DNA of 64,000 nt, from contig JANRKJ010000018.1 in NCBI GenBank assembly GCA_033763515.1, positions 67,379 through 131,378 of the forward strand, given 5' to 3'. Below the pieces are notes generated by a model. It did not search any database. It saw only the letters and a list, made by a program, of their open reading frames with translations, and had not been told where the DNA came from. How positions within the stretch are numbered: position 1 is the first letter of the stretch; each line of letters starts with the position of its first letter. Below are positions 17,062 through 25,668 of this stretch, piece after piece. Made by a program: the position numbers and the translations under genes. The stretch comes from Terrimicrobiaceae bacterium (GTDB taxonomy: Bacteria; Verrucomicrobiota; Verrucomicrobiia; Chthoniobacterales; Terrimicrobiaceae).

Positions 17062-18168
17062 TTAGCCCTTTTCGCCTCGCGGGCAAGGCGCAATTTTCTT
17101 CCGACCGACGCGCCATCCGGCCCAATGGACGTCCATCGGCAGGCGACCGAGCAGCCAGAAGAACGGCTCGACCAGGGATGCCAGCCAGACGGTGACCGGT
17201 CGGTGACGAGGTCCGCCCGGCAGGGCGTCAGCCAGACGAACCCGAAGACCAACCAAAAGAACATGCCACCCGAGCGTGCGGCGCGACGGCCGGATCAGAA
17301 ACGCAAGGAACGAAAACGCCGCACCGAATGTCAGCGGAAGGCCCAGCGCACCGGCCGGATCGCACTGATGATACGTCCCGAACGCGCGGTGTTGGTGGGC
17401 AATCCATTCGCGTGCCTGGACACGGCCGGCACGGATCGGGATCGCCGTGCTCGCCAGGTGGACCCGGCCACCCGATGTGGTGACGGCATGGCCGAGGGCG
17501 TGGTCTTCGGCGAGTTCGTTTGCAACCGCCGCCCATCCCCCCAGCCCTCGCAGCGTGGTCGCCCGGACTCCCAGGCAAGCTCCAAACAGGGTCGTCAGCG
17601 GCCCAACTGCACGCAAGATCGCCACACCAGGCCAGAGACCGAGGGCTGTCCCCGCCGCATCGAGCCGGGCAGGCAGTGTTTCCGTCTCGACGAAAAAATA
17701 GGGAGCCGTCAGCGCCTCGGTCCCGGCGGTTTCCCACTCGTTGCGTAGGCGGTTCAAACAAGGACCGTCCAGACGCGTGTCCGAGTCGAGCGAGATCCAG
17801 AGATCGTTCCGCGCGAGGGGTTCGAGCTGGGCGAGTTTGTTGATTTTGGGATTCGGGTGGAGCCCCGGAGTGCAAACCAGGATCTCGATGTCCTCAAAGA
17901 TCTTGCGGAGCGATCGAGCCTGTTCTGCGTCCGCCGACGTGGAGACGCCAACGAGCACTTGATCCCCCGGTCGGACGCCGCGGAGGAACATTGCCAATCC
18001 ATCCATCGCCCCGGGCTCACCGCTTTTGATCGGACGGAAGAAGGTGATTGGTGGAAACGACTCGCCACCCGCATCGGGCTGGTCTCGCAACCATCTCCGA
18101 AGCAAGCTGCGGGTCAGAAGGTAGAAAATCGCGCTGAATCCACAAACCAACGCAAGCGGCCAGCGCAT
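17062..18168 (-). CDS. Glycosyltransferase, GT21/ceramide-glucosyltransferase-like (GT2 superfamily)
   Basis: PPITFFRPIKSGEPG, the motif NPKINKLAQL and LDSDT (DXD) match the Glyco_transf_21 pattern. C-terminal TM helices are present. The ATG at 18166-18168 overlaps the DoxX stop by 1 nt (TGATG). Confidence 0.7.
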   Translation of the reverse strand: MRWPLALVCGFSAIFYLLTRSLLRRWLRDQPDAGGESFPPITFFRPIKSGEPGAMDGLAMFLRGVRPGDQVLVGVSTSADAEQARSLRKIFEDIEILVCTPGLHPNPKINKLAQLEPLARNDLWISLDSDTRLDGPCLNRLRNEWETAGTEALTAPYFFVETETLPARLDAAGTALGLWPGVAILRAVGPLTTLFGACLGVRATTLRGLGGWAAVANELAEDHALGHAVTTSGGRVHLASTAIPIRAGRVQAREWIAHQHRAFGTYHQCDPAGALGLPLTFGAAFSFLAFLIRPSRRTLGWHVLLVGLRVRLADALPGGPRHRPVTVWLASLVEPFFWLLGRLPMDVHWAGWRVGRKKIAPCPRGEKG

Positions 18169-18641
18169 CAACCGACGACCGGCAGGAGATTCCGGCTGAC
18201 GGCGCGGTCGAGGGAAACCAAGCCGCCGCCCAGGCAGAACAAGGCCAGTCCGCTCGCCAACAAGAGCAACGGAACCTGAAGGTCGACGAAGGCCGCACCC
18301 CGGCCGGTAAGCACCAGCGCACCAATCATGATCAAGGTCACCCCGAGTCCGCCCAACCGCGTGAACAGGCCGAAGAACAACGAGCCGAAGACCAGCAGTT
18401 CGCCAACGATGACGACACCGGAGAGGACGACCGGGAGCCCGAATGTCTCGGCCCAGCTTTCGACCGTGGCGTTCCAGCCGCTCCCACCGAACCAGCCGAA
18501 CGCCTTCTGGGCGCCGTGGTAAAGAAAGAATGCCGAGACAGCGAGGCGCAGGATGGTTGGCCCCAAATTCCCCGGCGTATTGAAGAAGTGAAAAACGGGG
18601 TTGCTCGTCACCGGGGGAGGACTAGCAGCCTTCTGCCGCAC
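18168..18641 (-). CDS. DoxX family membrane protein
   Basis: FFLYHGAQKAFGWFGG plus four hydrophobic helices; 157 aa. Confidence 0.75.
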   Translation of the reverse strand: MRQKAASPPPVTSNPVFHFFNTPGNLGPTILRLAVSAFFLYHGAQKAFGWFGGSGWNATVESWAETFGLPVVLSGVVIVGELLVFGSLFFGLFTRLGGLGVTLIMIGALVLTGRGAAFVDLQVPLLLLASGLALFCLGGGLVSLDRAVSRNLLPVVG

Positions 18642-18680
18642 CGGAAAGCAAAAGTGTTCCCTGCCTCAACCGGTTCGGCT

Positions 18681-19373
18681 ATGGGTTCGCGGATGAATTT
18701 GCGGACACCGCTTGCGGCCTATGTCGTCCCATTCGTCATTTTCATGCTCGGCCTGATGCTCGTGTCGACCGTGAAGTCGATGGCCGGTGCCTCCGAATCC
18801 CTTCTGCTCCAACGACCCGAGTTTTGGGTCTATCCGCTCCAAAGCCTCGCCTGTGCGATCGCCCTGATCTTCTACTGGAAAAAATACGACTTCGGCCGCG
18901 GTGGCTGGGGTTGGGCAATCGGCGGCGGTTTGCTCGCGTTGATCCTCTGGGTATCGCCCCAGGTGTTCTTTGGCCTTCCGGAGCGGACCGGTGGATTCGA
19001 TCCCACCGTCTTTGAGAACGATCCGATGCTCTACGGGCTGACCGTCCTCGCGCGCTTTTTCCGCCTCGTGATCGTGGTCCCCCTCGTTGAGGAAATTTTC
19101 TGGCGGGGGTTTCTCATGCGCTATCTGATTCGCGAGGATTTCCAATCGCTCCCGTTTGGAACCTATAAGCCGTCAGCTTTTTTCGGCGTGGCGTTCCTCT
19201 TCATGCTCGTCCACAGCATGCCGGACTGGCCGGCGGCGTTCCTGACCGGCGTGATCTTCAACTTCGTTGCCGTCCGCACCCGCAGTCTCGCGGCTTGCAT
19301 TGCCGCGCATGCGCTCACGAATCTGATTCTCGGCGTATATATCATGAGCACCCGGCAATGGGGGTTCTGGTAA
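18681..19373 (+). CDS. CPBP family intramembrane glutamic endopeptidase (CAAX protease-like)
   Basis: Motifs EEIFWRGFLMRYL and HSMPD...AAHALTNL in a polytopic membrane protein. ATG at 18681. Confidence 0.85.
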   Translation: MGSRMNLRTPLAAYVVPFVIFMLGLMLVSTVKSMAGASESLLLQRPEFWVYPLQSLACAIALIFYWKKYDFGRGGWGWAIGGGLLALILWVSPQVFFGLPERTGGFDPTVFENDPMLYGLTVLARFFRLVIVVPLVEEIFWRGFLMRYLIREDFQSLPFGTYKPSAFFGVAFLFMLVHSMPDWPAAFLTGVIFNFVAVRTRSLAACIAAHALTNLILGVYIMSTRQWGFW

Positions 19374-21062
19374 ATGAAAATCGGCCTCGCGCAAATCAAC
19401 ACAACGGTCGGCGATTACGCCGGAAACATCGAACGAATCGCCTCCGCCTGTGCGGCCTTGGAGGAACGGGGAGCGGACATCATCCTGACGCCTGAGCTCG
19501 CCCTCTGCGGTTACCCGCCACAGGATTTGCTGTTCAAAACCGACTTTGTTCCGGCCGGACGCGAAGCGCTCGCCCGACTGCATGAACGGGTCGGCCGGGC
19601 GGCATGGATTGTCGGGTTTGCGGAGACCAACCCGTCGCCGAATGGCCGTCCGTTCTTCAATGCCGCCGCCGTCTTGGAGGCGGGAAAGCCGGTGCGCACC
19701 GTCTTCAAGAGCCTGCTGCCGACGTACGATGTCTTCGACGAAGCGCGCTATTTCGAACCGGCACCCGCCTGTGAACCGGTGGAAATCCAGGGCCGGCGGT
19801 TTGGCATCACGATCTGCGAGGACATTTGGACATCCGAGTTTCTCCCACGCGGGCTCTACGTGCGCGATCCGGTCCATGATTTGGTGACCGCGGGAGTGGC
19901 CGCCATTCTTAACCTGAGCGCGTCTCCGTTCCAGATGGGAAAACCGGCGGCACGTCGCGAGATGATCCGCCTGCAGGCCGGACGCCATCACGTGCCGTTT
20001 TTCTACTGCAACGCCGTCGGCGGGAACGACCAACTTGTCTTTGACGGCCATTCGCTGGTCGCCACCGCCGATGGCGCCATCTGGCTCGAAGCACCCGGAT
20101 TTGCCGAAGGCGGGTTTGTGGCGGACATCGGCGACATGAACCACGAGACGGCCTTTTCAGCGCCCACCGGCCCGACCGCGATTCTCCGCCCGTTTGCGAC
20201 CCCCGACGATTCCGAACTCCGCGACCTTCGGGACGCCCTCGTCGTTGGGATTCGGGACTATTTTCAGAAATGCGGCTTCCGCTCGGCCGTGCTGGGCCTC
20301 AGCGGGGGCATCGACAGCGCTGTGACGGCGTGTCTGGCCGTTGAAGCACTCGGGGCCGATCAGGTCACGGGCGTTGCCATGCCGTCGCCGTTTTCCTCCG
20401 GACACAGCGTCGAGGATGCTCACGCGCTGGCGCAGAATCTTGGGATCACCTGCCGGGATGTCCCGATCGCCAAAAGCTTCGACGCTTTCCAAGAGCAAAT
20501 GGCACCCATCTTCAACGGCCTGAACCCGGATACCACCGAGGAAAATATGCAGGCGCGCCTGCGCGGCCTCACGCTGATGTCGCTGTCCAACAAGTTCGGG
20601 CATCTGCTCCTCACGACCGGCAACAAGAGCGAACTGGCCGTGGGTTATTGCACGCTCTACGGCGACATGTGCGGCGGACTCGCAGTCATTTCCGATGTTC
20701 CCAAGACCCTCGTCTACCGCCTGGCGGAGTTTCTGAATGCCGCAGCCGGGAGGGATATCATTCCACGCCGAACGATCGAAAAACCACCAAGCGCGGAACT
20801 GCGGCCCGACCAGACCGATCAGGACACCCTGCCGCCGTACGAGATCCTCGACGGAATTCTTCGGCTCTACGTCGAGGAGAACCTCGGGCTTGCCGACATC
20901 GTCGCCCGCGGATTCGAACCCGAAACCGTTCGCTGGGTCCTCCGCCGGGTGGATTTCAACGAATACAAACGCGAGCAGGCCGCCCCCGGAATCAAGGTCA
21001 CCGGACGCGCGTTCGGTATCGGACGGCGTATGCCGATCGCCCAGAAGTTCGTTCCCGCCTAG
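19374..21062 (+). CDS. nadE: Glutamine-dependent NAD+ synthetase
   Basis: The N-terminal nitrilase/CN-hydrolase domain begins MKIGLAQINTTVGD and includes ICEDIW. The C-terminal NAD synthase domain has the SGGIDSAV PP-loop. 562 aa. Confidence 0.93.
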   Translation: MKIGLAQINTTVGDYAGNIERIASACAALEERGADIILTPELALCGYPPQDLLFKTDFVPAGREALARLHERVGRAAWIVGFAETNPSPNGRPFFNAAAVLEAGKPVRTVFKSLLPTYDVFDEARYFEPAPACEPVEIQGRRFGITICEDIWTSEFLPRGLYVRDPVHDLVTAGVAAILNLSASPFQMGKPAARREMIRLQAGRHHVPFFYCNAVGGNDQLVFDGHSLVATADGAIWLEAPGFAEGGFVADIGDMNHETAFSAPTGPTAILRPFATPDDSELRDLRDALVVGIRDYFQKCGFRSAVLGLSGGIDSAVTACLAVEALGADQVTGVAMPSPFSSGHSVEDAHALAQNLGITCRDVPIAKSFDAFQEQMAPIFNGLNPDTTEENMQARLRGLTLMSLSNKFGHLLLTTGNKSELAVGYCTLYGDMCGGLAVISDVPKTLVYRLAEFLNAAAGRDIIPRRTIEKPPSAELRPDQTDQDTLPPYEILDGILRLYVEENLGLADIVARGFEPETVRWVLRRVDFNEYKREQAAPGIKVTGRAFGIGRRMPIAQKFVPA

Positions 21063-22264
21063 GCCGCCCGGGTCAGGCCCGGTCGCAATGTTCGCCGGTC
21101 GAGCACACCGAGGATGTGACGGTCAATCCGTTCTGCAAGAACGGCCCAGTCGTGGCGACGGGCGACGGCAAGGCCTTCCAAAATGGCTTTTGAATCCAGG
21201 CGTTCGACGGCCTCCCGGGCTCGTTGAAGAAACTCCTCCGGCGTCCGACCAACCGCGATCAGCCCACCAAATTGGCTCACGACATCCGGCACCGCCGTCG
21301 CAACGACCGGCCGACCGCACGCGAGCGCTTGGATCGCCGCCGGCGGGTTCCAGAACTCGGTCGATGCGTCTGTGACATACGGCAGGAGGCAAACATCAAA
21401 AGTTTTGGCCACCGCCGGAACGTCTTCATCCCGGTCGAGAACGACCCACCGAATGTTCGATCGCTGGAGCGCCTCGGGCCGCTCGCCGGACGTCCCGACT
21501 ATCACGATGGTCGCGTTCGGGTTTTGTTCCGCCACTCGTCGAACAAGATCCTGATCGAAGCGTCGCTCAAACGGGCCGAAGCACCCGAAAATCGGTCCGC
21601 CGGAGCGCTGCCGCGCGGCATCGGGACGGAACGCCGCCGCGTCGACTCCGCAGCCATACGTGTGGCAGTTCGGATTGACCTCGCGCTTGGCGCGCTGGAG
21701 CGATGGCCCGTCTGCAAAAACCACGTCGGTCGCCGCCAGCAATTCGTTTTCATTCTCGACCAAAGCCGGTGCTTCGCCGCTTTCGAAGGCCAGCGGTTCG
21801 GTGCAATGGTAAACCACGGCCTGTTCATTCAAGCATCCACCGAAAACCCGGAAGGCCGTAGGGTCATCAAACCATTGGACCGGTCGCTCAAACGCCAGAC
21901 CCACCGGCCCGAGGAGGATCGTCTTGAGCATTCGACGCTGTTCGGATGCCGCACTGTCCGGATCCGTTTCCGGCGGGATCCGCAGAGTGATGATCAGGAT
22001 GTTCGGATGTTCATTCGCCGGCCGGATCTGGATCGAAGATGCATCGGGTGGATCAACCGCTGGTTCGCCGTGCACATAAAGGACCCGGAGATGCCTCGCC
22101 ATTCCTCCAAAGAGCCGCCGCGGGGCGCACTGCGGCCCATCCCACGGAAGCCGAGAATGAACAATCAGCGAATAGGACGCTTGGCGCGAACGATCCGGCT
22201 CGCGACTCACCGATTCACCGGCCCGCCAAAGTCCCGCGGTGGCAAAAGCTTCCATGACGTGCAA
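21059..22264 (-). CDS. Family 1/4 (GT-B) glycosyltransferase
   Basis: N-terminal LIVHSRLPWDGPQ...RVLYV pattern. The C-terminal GT-B half contains FGCFGPFERRFD, IVIVGT and AIQALACGRPVVAT. The exact start (22264 or 22255) is uncertain. Confidence 0.7.
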   Translation of the reverse strand: MHVMEAFATAGLWRAGESVSREPDRSRQASYSLIVHSRLPWDGPQCAPRRLFGGMARHLRVLYVHGEPAVDPPDASSIQIRPANEHPNILIITLRIPPETDPDSAASEQRRMLKTILLGPVGLAFERPVQWFDDPTAFRVFGGCLNEQAVVYHCTEPLAFESGEAPALVENENELLAATDVVFADGPSLQRAKREVNPNCHTYGCGVDAAAFRPDAARQRSGGPIFGCFGPFERRFDQDLVRRVAEQNPNATIVIVGTSGERPEALQRSNIRWVVLDRDEDVPAVAKTFDVCLLPYVTDASTEFWNPPAAIQALACGRPVVATAVPDVVSQFGGLIAVGRTPEEFLQRAREAVERLDSKAILEGLAVARRHDWAVLAERIDRHILGVLDRRTLRPGLTRAA

Positions 22265-22367
22265 AATCGCGCCACGCGATTCTGGGCGCCGTCAGGTTTG
22301 TCCCCCAGAGCCCGATCAAGGGCGGGTTCCGGCGCGCCGCCGATGGGCGGCGCGATATCACCAAAGG

Positions 22368-22697
22368 TCAGACGAGCGCTTCCAGGCGCCGGACGATTTC
22401 GGCTTTGCCCATGACGCCAACCGCCTGATCCTTTTTCTCCCCGCCCTTGAAGAAAATCAGGGTCGGAATGCTGCGGATGCCGAACTGCGAGGCGGCGGTC
22501 GGGCACTCGTCCACGTTCACCTTGGCGATCGTGAACTTCCCGGCATTTTCCGCTGCGATTTCCTCAACAACCGGAGTCAGCATCCGGCACGGAGCGCACC
22601 AAGTCGCCCAAAAATCCAACAGGACCGGCGTGGTGGCCGAGGAGATGAATGATTGAAAATTGGAATCCGACAGTTCGGTAACGTGAGGACTGGACAT
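22368..22697 (-). CDS. trxA: Thioredoxin
   Basis: 109 aa, VLLDFWATWCAPCRMLTP...GIRSIPTLIFFKGG. The active site is CAPC rather than the common CGPC. Confidence 0.92.
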   Translation of the reverse strand: MSSPHVTELSDSNFQSFISSATTPVLLDFWATWCAPCRMLTPVVEEIAAENAGKFTIAKVNVDECPTAASQFGIRSIPTLIFFKGGEKKDQAVGVMGKAEIVRRLEALV

Positions 22698-22745
22698 GGC
22701 TAATTGGTTTGAGGCGGGTGAAGATAGCCAGAAACTGGCGTTCGT

Positions 22746-23471
22746 CTAGCCCACCATCATCCAAACCTGAACGCCCAATGCGGCGAGCGCAACCACCAGC
22801 GCCGCAACGCCGAGGATCGGGCTGATGTCGTCCGTGGCCGACTGCGTATTCTCCGGAACAACAGTCAGCGGAGCCGAGGCTGAAACCGAGGCCGGGCGAG
22901 ATGCATCCGGCTTACGCTGCAACTGGACGGTTGCTTGGGGAAGCGGTTTGGCGGGTGCCGCCGAAACCGGAACCTTTGCCGTTTCCTTCTTCGTTTCGGC
23001 ACGAACCGGTGCCGGAGCGATCGGGGTCGCTGCGGCAGGTGCGGGAACCGGCTTTGTTCCGATCGAAGGTGCCGCCGATGCCGGAGCAACGGGAGGCTTT
23101 GGCGCTACGGGAGTCGCCGCAGCAGGCGCCGGAGGCGGAACCGGTGCGCCGGGAGGCTTGGGAGCAACGGGAGGAACCGAAGCCGATGGAGGACGCGGAA
23201 CAACCGGAGCAGCGGCGGCGGGAGGCGGAACCGGGGCACCGGGAGACTTCGCGGCCGCCGGAGGGGGCGGGACCGTGGGCGGCTTCGGGATCGAAGGAGA
23301 AACCGGAGGCTTCGGAACGGACGGAGCCGGAGGAACCGCCGCTGTCGGGGCGGGAACCGGTTTCGGCGGCAGGTTGATCATCGCCGTTTCACGCGGACTG
23401 GAGGCCACTTGGGGACCGTCACGACGCGCCGGAAGAACAATCCGGACTGTTTCCTTCTTGGGTTCGGCCAT
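22746..23471 (-). CDS. Proline/alanine-rich tail-anchored membrane protein (unknown function)
   Basis: MAEPKKETVRIVLPARR N-terminus, ~190 aa of PxxP/KPP low complexity, and a single C-terminal TM helix ILGVAALVVALAALGVQVWMMVG. An AT-richer upstream region lies at 23472-23601. Confidence 0.6.
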   Translation of the reverse strand: MAEPKKETVRIVLPARRDGPQVASSPRETAMINLPPKPVPAPTAAVPPAPSVPKPPVSPSIPKPPTVPPPPAAAKSPGAPVPPPAAAAPVVPRPPSASVPPVAPKPPGAPVPPPAPAAATPVAPKPPVAPASAAPSIGTKPVPAPAAATPIAPAPVRAETKKETAKVPVSAAPAKPLPQATVQLQRKPDASRPASVSASAPLTVVPENTQSATDDISPILGVAALVVALAALGVQVWMMVG

Positions 23472-23601
23472 AAATTCTTGGGTGGGTTAAAGAGCAGCAA
23501 CTATCAGCAGCGGAGAAAGATATTCACAAATTCCGTCAAAAGTGTCAATCCCGCCCCATAAAATTTGTTGCGTGAAGAGCGCGTGGATCAGGCAACGGCT
23601 T

Positions 23602-24042
23602 TCAGACGGCGATGTCCTCGTTCCAGAGCTCGGGTCGGTGGGCGATGAACCGGCGCATCATTTCTATACATTCTTCATCTTGAATGACTTCAAGCTGGAC
23701 TCCGGAATGGCTGAGCCACTCTTCAGCGCCTTGGAATGTGACATTTTCACCGATGACGATCTTCGGAATTTTGTAGAGAAGCGACGTTCCACTACACATC
23801 GGGCAGGGTGAAAGCGTTGTGTAAAGCACACACTCGCGGTAGACCGAAGCGGGCTGGCGTCCGGCATTTTGGAATGCGCTCATTTCGCCATGCAGGAGCG
23901 GATCACCCTTCTGAACGCGCATGTTGTGGCCGCGGCCAATGATGCGACCGTTGTGGACGATCACCGATCCGATGGGAATGCCACCTTCGGCAAGTCCGGC
24001 TTTGGCTTCGTCGATGGCCGCCTGCAGGAAAGGGTCGCGCAT
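23602..24042 (-). CDS. Cytosine deaminase, FCY1 (CMP/dCMP deaminase fold) type
   Basis: The sequence resembles yeast Fcy1 along its whole length as I recall it: GGIPIGSVIV...GRGHNMRVQKGDPLLHGEM (HxE), TTLSPCPMCSG (PCxxC), IVIGENVTFQG, ...RPELWNEDI. Confidence 0.8.
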   Translation of the reverse strand: MRDPFLQAAIDEAKAGLAEGGIPIGSVIVHNGRIIGRGHNMRVQKGDPLLHGEMSAFQNAGRQPASVYRECVLYTTLSPCPMCSGTSLLYKIPKIVIGENVTFQGAEEWLSHSGVQLEVIQDEECIEMMRRFIAHRPELWNEDIAV

Positions 24043-24119
24043 GCCGCAGGCATAGCTGGTGGGCTGTGTGAGGGCAAGCAGGGTTGCGTCCCGGACCGGC
24101 TTCGCGCAAAATCCCGGCC

Positions 24120-24674
24120 ATGGCTGTCAATGCACCCGCTCTTGATGCTCCCGGAACTCCGATGCCGGAATTCGCGCTGCCCGACGTCTCGGATGGCGCC
24201 GTTTTCACCAACGAAAAACTCGCCGGCGCCTCGGCGGTGCTCGTGGCGTTCATCTGCCGGCACTGTCCGTACGTCGTCCATGTGCGCGACGAACTCGTGC
24301 GGGTGGCGTCCGAATTTGCCCCGCGGGGCGTGAAGACGATCGGCATCAGCGCGAATGATCCGGTGAAGTATCCGGACGACGCTCCCGATCGTTTGCGGGA
24401 AATGGTTTCCGAATTCGGCATTCCCTTTCCCGTGCTCTTCGACGAATCACAGGACGTGGCGCGAGCTTTTGGAGCCGTCTGCACGCCCGACCTGTTCGTT
24501 TACGATGGCGAACTCCGGCTCTTCTATCGCGGCCGTCTGGATGACAGTACACCGGGAAATGGCAAATCGGTGACCGGAAGCGATCTCCGCCAGGCCCTCG
24601 ATGCACTGTTGGCCGGCCAACCGCTTTCCAGCCCACCCCAGCCAAGCATGGGTTGCAGCATCAAATGGCGCTGA
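24120..24674 (+). CDS. Thioredoxin-fold AhpC/TSA-redoxin family protein
   Basis: LVAFICRHCPYV (CxxC), GISANDP, FPFPVLFDESQ, CTPDLFVYD. ATG at 24120. Confidence 0.75.
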   Translation: MAVNAPALDAPGTPMPEFALPDVSDGAVFTNEKLAGASAVLVAFICRHCPYVVHVRDELVRVASEFAPRGVKTIGISANDPVKYPDDAPDRLREMVSEFGIPFPVLFDESQDVARAFGAVCTPDLFVYDGELRLFYRGRLDDSTPGNGKSVTGSDLRQALDALLAGQPLSSPPQPSMGCSIKWR

Positions 24675-24723
24675 CCGGGAAATTCCTTGCCCGGAATTTC
24701 GACCGACCGTTACGTTCCTGCGG

Positions 24724-25668
24724 ATGAAGCTATTGGTTACCGGCGGGGCCGGGTTCATCGGGTCTCACATTTGCCGCCGGCTGCTTGCGGACGGGCATTC
24801 CGTGACGATCTTCGATGACTTCAACGACTACTACGATCCGTCGATCAAGCGGGCCAATGTCGCCGCACTCGGCGGCGCGGTGGAACTCGTTGAGGGCGAC
24901 ATCCGTGATCAATCCCGCGTTGATTCCTGCGTGCGCGGGGGAAATTTCGATACGATCGTGCACATCGCCGCACGCGCTGGAGTGCGTCCCTCGGTGCAGG
25001 ACCCGCAGCTCTACATCGACACGAACATCACGGGCACACACCACCTGCTGAATGCCGCCCGGCAGGCAAACGTGGGCCGGTTCGTTTTTGCGTCCAGCTC
25101 GTCGGTTTACGGTCTCTGCAAAACGGTTCCGTTCCGCGAGGACGTCGCGCTGCCGCAGACGCTTTCGCCCTACGCCGCGACGAAACTCGCCGGCGAGCAC
25201 CTCTGCGGGAACTACTCCCATCTCTTCGGACTGCGAACGGTCTGCCTGCGATTTTTTACTGTGTATGGACCGGGTCAGCGTCCGGATCTGGCGATTCATA
25301 AGTTCACGGACTCGATCCACAACGGACGGCCGATTCCACAGTACGGCGACGGCAGCACGCGGCGGGATTACACTTACATTGACGACATCGTCCAAGGCGT
25401 GATGGGCGCGCTCACCTATGACGGACCGGCCTTCGACATCTTCAATCTCGGAGAAAACCAGACGGTCACACTGAGCGAACTCATCGAGGTCATTGAAAGA
25501 ACGCTTGGAAAGAAGGCCGTCATTGATCGTCTGCCGGAACAGCCCGGTGACATGCCGCTCACATCGGCCGACATCACGAAAGCCCGCCAGTTGCTCGGTT
25601 ACAATCCGAAGACCAAAATCGCCGACGGCATTCCAAAGTTCGTCGAGTGGTATCTCTCGCGCCGATGA
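24724..25668 (+). CDS. NAD-dependent nucleotide-sugar epimerase/dehydratase (UDP-glucuronate 4-epimerase-like SDR)
   Basis: MKLLVTGGAGFIGSH Rossmann motif, SSSSVYG, and the YAATKLAGE catalytic YxxxK. 314 aa. Confidence 0.88.
   Translation: MKLLVTGGAGFIGSHICRRLLADGHSVTIFDDFNDYYDPSIKRANVAALGGAVELVEGDIRDQSRVDSCVRGGNFDTIVHIAARAGVRPSVQDPQLYIDTNITGTHHLLNAARQANVGRFVFASSSSVYGLCKTVPFREDVALPQTLSPYAATKLAGEHLCGNYSHLFGLRTVCLRFFTVYGPGQRPDLAIHKFTDSIHNGRPIPQYGDGSTRRDYTYIDDIVQGVMGALTYDGPAFDIFNLGENQTVTLSELIEVIERTLGKKAVIDRLPEQPGDMPLTSADITKARQLLGYNPKTKIADGIPKFVEWYLSRR

Noticed and set aside
22825-23490. 221-aa Gly/Ala/Thr-rich plus-strand ORF opposite the Pro-rich gene
   Set aside because: It is the mirror image of a Pro/Ala-rich coding sequence (CCN codons read as NGG). 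It lacks a signal peptide, a TM helix and a defined N-terminus. The minus-strand product has a defined N-terminal motif and a C-terminal TM anchor. Some ambiguity remains.
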